Positions 22,008 to 32,311 are shown, numbered from the stretch's first letter. The stretch: 64,000 nucleotides of DNA from a virus (IMGVR_UViG_2888055400_000002:18064-82063), one strand, 5' to 3'. Notes: generated from the sequence alone by a model not told the origin. Translations and numbers: made by a program.

Positions 22008-22487
22008 ATGAAGAAAACTTTAAAACTATTGAGTTGCATGGCTCTGTTAAGTACAGCTGGATGTCAGTTGGGAACTCCTCCCCCATCAACGTTGGCTTTA
22101 TGGGAAAAGTCTGGAACAGATCGGGCTGTAATCGAACAATCACTTTTAAAATGTGGCTGGAAACCAGTTTATGCTTCTTCTAGTGATATGAATGCCTATG
22201 CAAGTGAATTTGCCTCAGTTTATGAGTGCATGAAAAAAGCAGGTTATCGATATAAATTGCAGGATTCAAAGGGGATTTATTTTACACAACCTCCGAAAAG
22301 TGACTCGTTCCTAACCGATCTCATGATAGCTGGATATCAGAAATTTATGGACAATGATACTTTTGGTGTCAGCAATACGACCAGAAAAGAACGGGCTATG
22401 ATAGCGCATTTTGAAAATGAAAGAAAACGTCAACAAACGAAAAAATCTTTGCAAAAGCGATCATCAAAGCGTCCTACTCATTCTTAA
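22008..22487 (+). CDS. Lipoprotein, divergent immunity-family member
   Basis: Signal peptide nearly identical to 19339 (MKKTLKLLSCMALLS.AGC); WEK.G.D..LLKCG..ECMKKAGYRYK retained, C-terminal half unrelated. Confidence 0.7.
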   Translation: MKKTLKLLSCMALLSTAGCQLGTPPPSTLALWEKSGTDRAVIEQSLLKCGWKPVYASSSDMNAYASEFASVYECMKKAGYRYKLQDSKGIYFTQPPKSDSFLTDLMIAGYQKFMDNDTFGVSNTTRKERAMIAHFENERKRQQTKKSLQKRSSKRPTHS

Positions 22488-22541
22488 AGAGAGAGTTGGA
22501 CAAAAAGCACGAATGATGAAGGGAGTCAAAATAGTGCCCTT

Positions 22542-25500
22542 CTTATTCAAGCGGGTGGCACGTTGAATTTGGTGGTCGATCAACTCCGTAACACGGCAGC
22601 GGAAGGTTCGATTACAGGAGATGCGCATTTTGAGGCAAAAGCCGTTGGGGGGATCAGCACCGGGGGTGATCTTGCCATGGCCACAGAACAAGGTGATTTG
22701 ACGATAGGATCAGCAGAAACCCATTACCATGATGAACAGGGTGATGCCACCATGCATCATAAATCTGCGTTAAACTCTGGAGGATCGACGACACTTCTTT
22801 CTGGAAAAGATTTGAATATCTTAGGCTCTGATGTTCAATCCCATGATGATTTGAACTTAAAAGCTGAGAGGAATATTTCGATTGATGCCACGCGCAACAG
22901 TGCCAATAGCCATCACGGGGATCAAACCTCTCATGTTGCCTTACACAATGGCTCTCATTTAAGTTCTGGAAAAGAGACCACGGTTCTCTCTGGAAAAGAT
23001 ATTCATATGGCTGCTTCCGATATAGATGCCAAGGGCAATGTTGTTCTTGGTGCACAAGGGGAGATAGCGATAGGGGTGAGAGAAGATGAAATGGAGTATC
23101 ATCTTCGCGCCAACAACACCAAAGTCGATATGCAAGCCTCGATTTCCTAGGGATCAACAATAAAATCTGGAGGCGATACCACTGTCGTTGCAGGGCAGGA
23201 TGGAAAGAAGCATGATCTTACCATCACAGGTAGTTCTGTTGCGGCTGATGGCAAGGTGGGGCTGAAAGCCAGCAATGATATTGTGATCACCAATGCAGAG
23301 GATAGCTTACATTATGAGATGTCGTACCATAAAGACGGGGGAACATTTAGTAGCAGCAAATCTGAGCATAACAAGATTGATGCTACCCAAGTTTCCGGTT
23401 CACTCATATCTGGGGGCAAAGGCGTTGCCATTGACTCAGGAAACAACACGGAAGTTGTAGCCTCGACGCTCATAGCCGGTAAGGCAGAGGAAGCATCAGG
23501 AGAGAAAACACCAGAAGATCAGAAACAAGCGGATATTACCATTCACTCTGGTGGAAATATTGTTATCAAAGGCGCCCAAGAACATTTTGATCAGCAACAG
23601 CAATCCTCGTCAAGTAGCCTTTTGCACGAGGAATCTTCAGATAAATCTGAATCGCACACCACAACGGTTTCCTCTGTTCTGGGGGCAACGGGCAACATTA
23701 TCACACAATCAGACAAAGAGACCACAATCACTGCTTCTCATATGTTTGCAAATGAAGATATTCATGTGACGGGAGAAAATGTGACGATTGATGGCATGAC
23801 GGACCACCATAGCAGCCATTCACAGACCCATGAAACAGGTTTTGGTGTGGGATCAGGCAAGGACTTTGTATCGATCTACGGGAGTGAGGGAAAGACAGAA
23901 AATGAAGAAAGTTTTGAGCATCAAGGCTCTTCTCTCAATGGAAAAAATATCACCATCACGGCCACCAAAAAAGATGTGAATGTGGTGGGCTCTGATTTTA
24001 CTGCGCAAGAAAATATTCATGTTTCGGCAGCCCATGATATCAATGTTTCACCTGGTCACAATAGCCATAAGTCAAACAGCCAAGAAGAGCGGGAAGGTTT
24101 TGGCTTTCAGTTTGAAAAGAGCAAAAGTGGTGCCTCTGTCGGTGTCGGGATTGCCAGCGCGAAAGACACAGGGGACCAATGGGAAAATACCAATACACCA
24201 TCTAATTTTAAAGCGGGCAAAGATGTACAGTTTAGTGCCGATCATGATGTGAATTTACAAGCGACAAATGTTTTGGCAAATCGTGATGTCAACATTGATG
24301 CTGGCAATACTATCACACTATCAGAAAGCTATGATACCTCTAACGCAAAAGAAAAGCACGAAAAGTCTTTTGCTGGTGTGACAGGCTCTGTCAATGTTGG
24401 GGCTCTTGGTACCGTACAGGGCATTAAAGATGCAGTAAAGCAAGCTAAAAATAAGGATGACAAACACCATATTGCCAATGGTCTTATTGCTGGTCTAAAA
24501 GGCTATAATCTCTTTACCAAAGGCAAAAGTTTTTTCAATTTTCTGACTGGTAACACAGGAGAAAGGGGCAACACCGCAAGAGCTCAGGGCAATGTAGCAG
24601 GAAATTTGGCTGGCTCTACCAAGGATGCTCTTGCCAATATGGCTGATGCTTCTGCGAGTGTGACTGTGGGCTTTAAGACAGAGAAAGCGGAAGCCTCTTC
24701 TCAAACCTCCACGGCGGTAACAGGAACAATGGAAGCAGGGCGTTCTGTTAACATGCAAGCCCACAAAGGCAGTATTCATGGTGTTGGAGCTGACATTATC
24801 GCCGGTACCAATCCAGTCTACGCATTAAACAATGATGAGCAGAGTGGAAATATCACCTTGGAAGCAGGAAAAGATATTACCTTTGAAAGTGCACAAAACA
24901 CGCAAAGCACACAAAACCACAATGAAAGCGCCTCGGTAAATGTTGGGTATAGCTATGGTACCGGTGGTGCTGGGGGAACAGGCAATGCTTCCTTTAGTCA
25001 AGGGGAAGGCTCCAGTGAGGAAGTTCAACACAAAAACAGCCATCTTATTGGCACAGGCACTGTTCACACCAACAGTGGAGGAAACACCACACTTGCGGGG
25101 GCAGAGGTTTCTGGAGACCATGTAGAGATGAATGTTGGGGGAGATTTGACCATTACCAGCCGCAGTGATACGGGTCAAACCTCTAACAAGCAGAAATCTG
25201 CTTCTGTTGGGTTTGGTGAGAGCAAAAGTTTTGATGCAGGCTCAACAAGCTTCTCCTTACAAAAGGATCAATCCTCTAGTGATTATCACAGTGTTGTGGA
25301 GCAATCAGGCATCAAAGCGGGTGATGGCGGTTTTAAGATCAACGTTAAAGATAAAACAACACTGACTGGGGGGCTGATTGCGAGCACCGCGTCGCCAGAC
25401 AAAAACAGCCTGACCACAGGAAGCATCAGTACCAGTGACATCACCAACAGTGCCCATGCTAAAGCCAGTAGCCATGGGGTTAATGTTTCTGGTGGCGGTG

Positions 25501-26654
25501 TTTTGCAACAGGGGAAATATGGCGTCATAAAAAACGTGGCTAAAAATGCTTTAAGTCATGGAAAAGCCAAGGATGCAGCGGAAGGGGAAACCAAATCTGC
25601 TATCAGTGATGGGACTATCATCCTTACTGATACAACTGGACAGAGGGCGATGGGGCAAGATGCTGGACAAATCATTGATGCCCTCAACCGCAACACCGCA
25701 GCAGCCCACCAGGCTGTAGCACCGCTGGATGTAGCACTGCTTGAGGGAGCCGTGCATAATCGCTTAGACATGATCAATGATTTATCGGATGAAGGATTTG
25801 AAATCGCTGGTCAGGGCTTTGTAAACATGTTTATCAAAGAGCATTATCTGGCTACCGTTGAGCACGATGAAAATGGCAATGTGATCTATGCAAAAGATGA
25901 AAATGGGAAATATATAAAAGACAGCCATGGAAACCCACAGCCACAATATCATTATTTAACGCCTGAGGAACAGCAGAATTTACAAAAAGGTTCTGATGGC
26001 AAGGTTCATGTTTTCCTCAATGGTATTCTTACAACACCCGATGAAGCAGCCCATAATGCGGTTCAGTTGGTTGATAACAAGAATGATCCACACTATTTTC
26101 TGATGTTTCCCCATAGCGATTCGCTCTTGGTAGAAGGGGTTATTGCAGGGTATCAGTATTTTTTAGAAGGTAATTTGGGTGGTCTGACCAATTCGGCAAA
26201 GAAGTACCAGAATCTGTTGTATAGCTTTGGCAATAAAGGATTGCATGTTGATGCCCATAGCCGCGGCAGTATGACAGCGGGTAATGGATCGTATAATTTA
26301 GCAAAGCAGGGTGTTCACGGTATAGCAAAGGAAACAACGATTAATTTTTTTGGACCAGCTTTTAATACTCAAGACATGGCAGATACGTTATATATCTTAA
26401 GTGATGGCAAGCAGGATTATGTTAATTTGGAAAATCATAAATATGACTTTGTTGGTGTAAAGATTGGCAAAAATCCTTATACCTTTGAACAAATACCCCC
26501 TGGAAGTGGTCCCTGGAAAGAAGCAGGGCAAATATTTAAGGGCTACCCCAGTGTCCATGCTTGTTATGGTCATCCGAGTGATGCTTGTACAAAGTTCTAT
26601 GGTTTGCCTAATCGTACGCCAATTTATTCAAAATATTCAGGGAGGAAAAAATGA
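22542..26654 (+). pseudogene. Orphan cdiA 3' module 2 with an internal deletion, a nonsense codon and a divergent lipase-like C-terminus
   Basis: Starts with homology to cdiA ~13786, jumps to ~14772 at 22652, CAG>TAG at 23148-23150, then open to 26654; AHSRG motif retained. Confidence 0.85.
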
Positions 26655-27049
26655 AGAAAATTTTGAAATTATTAAGTGGTCTCATTCTGTTAACTATCGC
26701 TGGATGTAATATCGATAAGCCTTCTCCAGGGGCTCTGAGTATGTGGGAGAAGCCTGGTGCAGACTTTACTGAGATAGGAAAAGCATTGCTAGAATGTGGC
26801 ATGCCAACGCCTTACGATATTTTTCCAGAAAACCAACAACAGAGCATTAATGCAAAAGCAACAATTGATGCATGCATGGTTCAAGCAGGATTTCGCTATA
26901 AAGGAAGAGGTGACTGGTGTTATACTTTTAAAGAGAAAAATCTTCCCATTTGTCGTCCAGGGGCTATCATTCCGCAACGAAGTGTCAAGAAGCGCTTAAA
27001 TAGCCCTTTTTGTAAAAAATATAAAAATGCACCTGAATGCAAGTCTTAA
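26651..27049 (+). CDS. Lipoprotein, putative immunity protein of orphan module 2
   Basis: ATGA overlap; lipobox TIAG-C; 3' end nearly identical to 18747..19160. Confidence 0.8.
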   Translation: MKKILKLLSGLILLTIAGCNIDKPSPGALSMWEKPGADFTEIGKALLECGMPTPYDIFPENQQQSINAKATIDACMVQAGFRYKGRGDWCYTFKEKNLPICRPGAIIPQRSVKKRLNSPFCKKYKNAPECKS

Positions 27050-27215
27050 GTCTTACTTGTGATGACCGACAATCCGCCATCCTTGCCTTTGTTTGGAATG
27101 GCGGAATTGTTTCCTTAATCCACCATCCATAACATTGCGTCACAGGATGGATTTTGCTATATTCTTATCGGTTTATAAGAGAAAGCCTTGTCCATCCTTA
27201 TGTGACAAGGTTTTT

Positions 27216-27422
27216 TTATGCCACATCACTGAGATGTTGACGTTGCGTTTTGGCTTTTTCAATCACATCCATCAGATCCGATTGTAACCAACGCGATAAA
27301 GAACCAAATTTTAAAGGCTTTGGTAAAGATCCATTGGTGACATGCCGACGGAATGTTGAAACGCTTATATGCAATAATTTTGCACTTTCGCGATCTGTAA
27401 GAAGAACATCATTTTCAGTCAT
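27216..27422 (-). CDS. alpA: AlpA-family HTH regulator/excisionase
   Basis: LLTDRESAKLLHISVSTFRRHVTNGSLPKPLKFGSLSRW pattern; next to an integrase. Confidence 0.85.
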   Translation of the reverse strand: MTENDVLLTDRESAKLLHISVSTFRRHVTNGSLPKPLKFGSLSRWLQSDLMDVIEKAKTQRQHLSDVA

Positions 27423-27595
27423 AACTTATCCTTTCAATCTAAAAAAATATTAACAAATCATAAGTATTTATTAACCATATTTTGTTGAACTTGGAAAGTA
27501 AGTTTATTCATAAAAAACAGTACTTTATGATGTATTTTCTCATTTGATAATTTATGAGTCTTATTGAAACGAAATGAGAGAACAAAGAGAGAAAG

Positions 27596-27604
27596 TTATC
27601 CACA
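27596..27604 (+). promoter_or_regulatory. Perfect DnaA box
   Basis: TTATCCACA; conserved in island B at 46167-46175. Confidence 0.4.
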
Positions 27605-27641
27605 GATAATGGAATAAAAATGGGGTACAAGACCCCATCTA

Positions 27642-28808
27642 TTAAGATTGCCCCGTGACATAAGCCGCCCATTTATCCATATAAACACGGCGCTGTTCTA
27701 AATAGTCAGTACGACGGTAGGCACGTTCTACTTGTCCACCGACCACATGACCTAGAATGGTTTCTGCTACCTCATAGGGAGCATCGGTTGTTTCTGCTAG
27801 CCAATCCCTTAAACTAGACCGAAATCCATGCGGGCAGGCATTAAGTCCAGTTTTTTGCATGTAGATTGACATGCTCCTCTCAGCAAAGGGACCATGACTT
27901 TTAAGAGAAAAAAAGAAATCATTACGAGAAAGCAGGCGCGCTTGTTTCAAAATTTCTAATGCCTCTGATGATAAAGGCACGCGAAACTCTGTTGTAGCAT
28001 CACGCCTTCCTTTCATATTCTCAGCAGGGATGGTCCATATATCACCATCAACTTGATCTTTATGGATATGACGCAAAGGATTTGTACGAACACCTGTCAG
28101 AATAAGCAGACGCAAAGCCAATTGTGTCATAGTTGGTGTTTTGCAGAGTGTTTGATAAAAAGCCGGTATCTCTTTCCAATCCATAGCAGGCATATTTTTA
28201 ACTTTATGGCGTTGTTTTCCCAAGAGTGCGCGTGCTTTTTCTGTTGCTTGTAAATCAACATCTAAACCCAAGGCAGCAGCATATTTGAGACATATATTAA
28301 GACGATTAAGAGCTCTATAAGCTGTTGCAGCTTTTGCATGCCAGATAGGAGCAAGTGTATTGCGTATATCGGTTTGTGTAATCTCTGAAACCGGCATACA
28401 ACCTAATTTAGGGAGAATATAAAGTTTTAAAGGTAAAAACCACTCACTATTTTTACCATCTCCTTTTAATTCTGCTTTACGACTTTCAAAAGCATCCACG
28501 GCAATATCTTTTAAATAATGAAGATTACGCATTGCCTCACGCTTTTGTTTGTCACGTTCTTTAATGGGGTCACGACCCTCATGCAAAACAGAACGCCATT
28601 GGGTTGCCAATTCACGGGCTTTTTTTAAAGAGACATTTCTTAAGGCACCCAAGCCCATTTCACGACGCCGCCCGTGGATGGTATAGCGATAAAGCCATTG
28701 AGCACCCCCATCTTTACGCTTATGAAGTAACAAGCCGGCACCATCATTATATTTGCCAGCCCCCAATGTTGCGACAGCCCTTGCATTAAGACGATTCATA
28801 AGAGGCAT
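27642..28808 (-). CDS. P4-family tyrosine integrase
   Basis: Arm-binding N-terminus (GKYNDGAGLLL...RRREMGLG...VSLKKARE); catalytic R (GVRT), K (MKG), HGFRS, LGH and AY. Confidence 0.95.
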   Translation of the reverse strand: MPLMNRLNARAVATLGAGKYNDGAGLLLHKRKDGGAQWLYRYTIHGRRREMGLGALRNVSLKKARELATQWRSVLHEGRDPIKERDKQKREAMRNLHYLKDIAVDAFESRKAELKGDGKNSEWFLPLKLYILPKLGCMPVSEITQTDIRNTLAPIWHAKAATAYRALNRLNICLKYAAALGLDVDLQATEKARALLGKQRHKVKNMPAMDWKEIPAFYQTLCKTPTMTQLALRLLILTGVRTNPLRHIHKDQVDGDIWTIPAENMKGRRDATTEFRVPLSSEALEILKQARLLSRNDFFFSLKSHGPFAERSMSIYMQKTGLNACPHGFRSSLRDWLAETTDAPYEVAETILGHVVGGQVERAYRRTDYLEQRRVYMDKWAAYVTGQS

Positions 28809-28969
28809 TTTTGCTCCTTTCTAAACGGTTTTTTACCCACACGATAACCCCGCTTGTGATGTGCAAGTAAGTGACTTTAATTGATTGAACATAAGATGAT
28901 TTGAGATGAGAGAATCTTACAATATTCGGGGGTCTAATTCAATATGCAAAACAGTAAATTATCATTACA

Positions 28970-28982
28970 AATCAATGCCTTG
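28970..28982 (+). promoter_or_regulatory. IHF consensus site at the end of island A
   Basis: AATCAA-TGCC-TTG matches WATCAANNNNTTR. Confidence 0.55.
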
Positions 28983-28984
28983 TC

Positions 28985-29071
28985 TTAGAGCGTCAACGCA
29001 TTCTGAATGAACAAATGCACAATCAGATTATGCGTTCACGAGCAGATACATATAGAGCACGAAGCATTTAG
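28985..29071 (+). pseudogene. 3' remnant of a phage gene interrupted by island A (portal by position, unproven)
   Basis: Open frame LERQRILNEQMHNQIMRSRADTYRARSI* from the island boundary to a TAG 12 nt before the next ATG. Confidence 0.5.
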
Positions 29072-29083
29072 AAAGGTGAAAGA

Positions 29084-29977
29084 ATGAATGCACAAATGAG
29101 TGAAGAAATGGAAGGTATGAATGAAGAGTACACAGCAGAACAGCAGGTATTTGATGATGATGGGTATTTTGATGGCGGCAGTGACAGTGAAACCGTTACC
29201 AGTGATGATATAAGTTCTCAAGAGCCGGTCTCACAGCCTGTTCATGAAGCTTCGGACATATCTACGGTAGAAGAGCAGCGTGCAAAAGAACGAGTCCATA
29301 AATCACGTGAAGCTCTTATGAAGTTTTATGATCCGAAATCTCAGGAAACTTCTGTTGACGGTGAAAATATGCCTCCTGATATGAGTCAAGACATCGTTGG
29401 CTATATGGCTTGGATGGGAAAGAAGCTTCAAGAGCAAGATGCATTTATTAAATCGCAACAGGAAGTGCAAAGGCAGGCTTTTGAACAGCAACAATATGAT
29501 ACGCATTTAAATGAGTTTTTAGAAAATTCTGTTACAGCGGTTAAAAAGAAGTACAGTGATTTTGATGCAGCGGCGGATTATCTTTATGAGGTTCGTGCTA
29601 AGGAGTTGAGTGCTTGGTCAAGTCTTTATCCAGAATATTCGCAAAAAGGCACGATAGATGCAGTTATCGGTCAACAATTACGGGCGGTTGTTGCTACCTG
29701 CGCGGAAAAAGGAATTAATCCGGCAGAAGCGATTTATACGATAGCACAAAACCTTGGCTATCAGAGCAAAGCAGTACAAGCGAATAATCAGGTTGCAGCG
29801 CTTCAAAGCCGGCAGAATTCAGCGAAAACTTTAACGGCATCAGGAGGAGGGGGCAGTGTTGGACCAATGACCAAACAAACTCTTTCCGATATGTCAGAGA
29901 AGGAATTTGATGCGTGGATATCCAATCCGAAAAATGAAGCCCGTTTTTATGAAATTATGGGTGCAGACCCCGATTAA
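29084..29977 (+). CDS. Putative phage scaffolding protein
   Basis: Acidic N-terminus, coiled-coil character, immediately before the major capsid gene. Confidence 0.65.
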   Translation: MNAQMSEEMEGMNEEYTAEQQVFDDDGYFDGGSDSETVTSDDISSQEPVSQPVHEASDISTVEEQRAKERVHKSREALMKFYDPKSQETSVDGENMPPDMSQDIVGYMAWMGKKLQEQDAFIKSQQEVQRQAFEQQQYDTHLNEFLENSVTAVKKKYSDFDAAADYLYEVRAKELSAWSSLYPEYSQKGTIDAVIGQQLRAVVATCAEKGINPAEAIYTIAQNLGYQSKAVQANNQVAALQSRQNSAKTLTASGGGGSVGPMTKQTLSDMSEKEFDAWISNPKNEARFYEIMGADPD

Positions 29978-30022
29978 GCAACAAGTTTTACAGCATAATC
30001 CGCCTTTGATGCGGGTTTTCCT

Positions 30023-30046
30023 CCGGCTTTTAAGCCGGTTTTTTTT
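30023..30046 (+). terminator. Intrinsic terminator upstream of the capsid gene
   Basis: CCGGCTT-TT-AAGCCGG followed by T8. Confidence 0.6.
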
Positions 30047-30068
30047 ACAGCAAAGAAAGGTGAAATAA

Positions 30069-31196
30069 ATGGCAACAACACATATAGGGACTCATGATCC
30101 GCAAGCGGTGAAACTTTGGTCACAAAAATTAAGCAATGAAGTTTTGAAAGCAACGAAAATTGCTCCACTCATTGGCAAAAGTTCGAACAGTATCATCCAG
30201 CTTTATAACGAAACCCATAAAAGTGCAGGGGATAGCGTTACGTTTAGTTTGTTGGTGAATCTGTTTGGGGATGGTGTCACTCAAGGTGAAACTTTAGAGG
30301 GCAATGAAGAAGCCCTTCAATTTATGAATGATAGGTTGGTTATTAACGAGCTTTTACATGCAGCGCGTGTAGCGAATGATGACTCGATTGATCAACAGAG
30401 AATTCTCCCCAATTTACGGAAAAAAGCCAAAGAAGGTTTAGTTCGTTGGTATGCAAATCGTTTAAGCATCATGTTTTTTCTTCAGGTATGTGGTTATACA
30501 GCCCGTACTATCAATGTTGATGGTCGAGAAGTGTATATTAAACCGGTTCATTACGGCTTTAATGAAATCATGGCACCAAGCAGTGAACGTATTATCCGTC
30601 CCGATGGTAAAACCAAGGATGAAGACCTCAATGATAAAGCCAAACATAGCTTTAGTCTTAAATTGATTGATGAAGCGGTTAAACAAGCAAAACTTGCCAA
30701 TCCGCAAATTTCTCCAGTCCATGTCAATGGTGATGATGTTTATGTTTTGTATTTGCATCCAACACAAGTCATGCAATTGCGAACCAATACAGCAGTTGGT
30801 GAGTGGTTAGATATTCAAAAATCCGTTTATGCAACCTCCCGTGCGAAGAACCCAATCTTTGATGGTTCTCTAGGCATGTATAATGGCGTTATTTTACGTG
30901 AAGCGATTCATGTCACCCATGGTGTTAATTCGACAAATAATACAGCGGTAAAGAGTGTTCGTCGTGCGGTTTTCTTAGGAGCTCAGAGTGCGATTATAGG
31001 TTTTGGCAAAAATCACAGTGCAACACATTACACACTTAAAGAAGAATATTTTGATTATGAACGTGAATTTGGTGTTGCAGCCAAGACCTTGATAGGCATG
31101 AAGAAAACACGTTTCCAAATGCCAAATAGTGCACAAACAGCACAAGATTTTGGAACGATTGTTATCCCCACTTACAGTGGTGAAGTAGCAGCGTAA
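30069..31196 (+). CDS. Major capsid protein (N4-gp56/DUF4043-like)
   Basis: AVKLWS, AGDSVTF, LEGNEEAL, YVLYLHPTQ, KNPIFDGSLGMYNGVILRE, RAVFLGAQ and EEYFDY motifs. Confidence 0.88.
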   Translation: MATTHIGTHDPQAVKLWSQKLSNEVLKATKIAPLIGKSSNSIIQLYNETHKSAGDSVTFSLLVNLFGDGVTQGETLEGNEEALQFMNDRLVINELLHAARVANDDSIDQQRILPNLRKKAKEGLVRWYANRLSIMFFLQVCGYTARTINVDGREVYIKPVHYGFNEIMAPSSERIIRPDGKTKDEDLNDKAKHSFSLKLIDEAVKQAKLANPQISPVHVNGDDVYVLYLHPTQVMQLRTNTAVGEWLDIQKSVYATSRAKNPIFDGSLGMYNGVILREAIHVTHGVNSTNNTAVKSVRRAVFLGAQSAIIGFGKNHSATHYTLKEEYFDYEREFGVAAKTLIGMKKTRFQMPNSAQTAQDFGTIVIPTYSGEVAA

Positions 31197-31216
31197 TTAT
31201 AGGAGGGAAAAAAGAC

Positions 31217-31597
31217 ATGGCAGATCAATTACCACCTCCATTACAAGGCAGAAATCTTCACACCCAACAGGTAAGTTTTTTACGGTTGAATATTTTGCAT
31301 AAAGATAATCATCTCACGGAGAAAATTGGGATATTACCACGTGGTGCTTTGATCACTTCGATTAAAGCGTTTGTTAAGACAGCGTTTTCTGAGGCAAAGT
31401 TGAAGATAGGGAGTACCTATGGAGGCAATGAGTTCGGGGAAAAGGACATCAAAACCCAAGGCACGCAAGATTTTACGCCAACAGATCAAAAGTCTTTTGT
31501 TGCAGATGATAAGGAGATGACCCTTTATGCAACGCGAGACAAAACAACAGCTGCTGGTGAATGTGTTGTGGTCGTACAATTCGTGACAAATCATTGA
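31217..31597 (+). CDS. Phage virion protein (putative capsid decoration), paralog 1
   Basis: IGILPRGALITSIKAFVKTAF motif; follows the capsid gene. Confidence 0.65.
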   Translation: MADQLPPPLQGRNLHTQQVSFLRLNILHKDNHLTEKIGILPRGALITSIKAFVKTAFSEAKLKIGSTYGGNEFGEKDIKTQGTQDFTPTDQKSFVADDKEMTLYATRDKTTAAGECVVVVQFVTNH

Positions 31598-31608
31598 GGG
31601 GATAGGAC

Positions 31609-31989
31609 ATGGCAGATTATTTACCAGAACCCTTGCAAGGGAGAAATCTTCATACCCAGCAGGTAAGCTTTTTACGTCTTAATTTTAGCTATGAAGATAA
31701 AGAAAACGCTTTGAAAATAGGTACGCTACCTCGAGGTGCTTTGATCACTTCGATTAAAGTGTATGTCAAGACAGCGTTTTCGGACACAAAGGTCAAAATA
31801 GGCAGCACTGCTGGTGGCAATGAGTTTGGTGAAGCGGAAATCAAACAACAGGCAGTCAAAGAAGTTAAGCCTACCAATCAGAAGGAATTTGTTCCTTATG
31901 ATAAAGAACTTACTCTCTATGCCAAAGCCAACAAGACAGTACAAGCTGGTCAAGCAAGTATAGTCGTTGAATTCGTGACTAATCACTGA
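31609..31989 (+). CDS. Phage virion protein (putative capsid decoration), paralog 2
   Basis: Tandem paralog of 31217..31597, same length (126 aa). Confidence 0.65.
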   Translation: MADYLPEPLQGRNLHTQQVSFLRLNFSYEDKENALKIGTLPRGALITSIKVYVKTAFSDTKVKIGSTAGGNEFGEAEIKQQAVKEVKPTNQKEFVPYDKELTLYAKANKTVQAGQASIVVEFVTNH

Positions 31990-32026
31990 GGTTGAGGGGA
32001 GAGATGTATGAACTCTCCTCACGGAT

Positions 32027-32311
32027 TCATGAAGTAGATTCTACGCTTAATTGCAAATTAAGGGCAGAGAGCACAGCAACTAAAGTAGAAAGTTTAGGGT
32101 CACCTGTTTTACTTAAGGAGCGATATAAACCACTACGTTCGCGATTGGTTTCTTTTGCTAAAGTACTCATATTTTGGGCTCTAGCAACGATACCAAGGGC
32201 ATCCGCTATATGTGCAGCATCACCAGTTTTGAAGGCTTCATTGAGAAATATTTGTTGTTCCTCAGTGGTTTCAAGATATTCCTCTGGTTTAAATGGTGTA
32301 GTTTTCATCAC
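32027..32311 (-). CDS. Addiction-module antidote protein (HTH antitoxin, HigA-like)
   Basis: PFKPEEYL...ADALGIVARAQNMSTLAKETNRERSGLYRSLSKTGDPKLSTL. Confidence 0.88.
   Translation of the reverse strand: MMKTTPFKPEEYLETTEEQQIFLNEAFKTGDAAHIADALGIVARAQNMSTLAKETNRERSGLYRSLSKTGDPKLSTLVAVLSALNLQLSVESTS

Larger units (their letters stand above)
1..28983 (-). mobile_element. Satellite-like integrative island A (left end outside window), inverted homolog of island B, carrying a CDI/TPS cargo
   Basis: 27128-28983 is a close reverse-complement match to 44788-46645 (int, alpA, end sequence). 1592-8283 matches the RM/leader region of island B. Homology stops at 28983. Confidence 0.9.
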
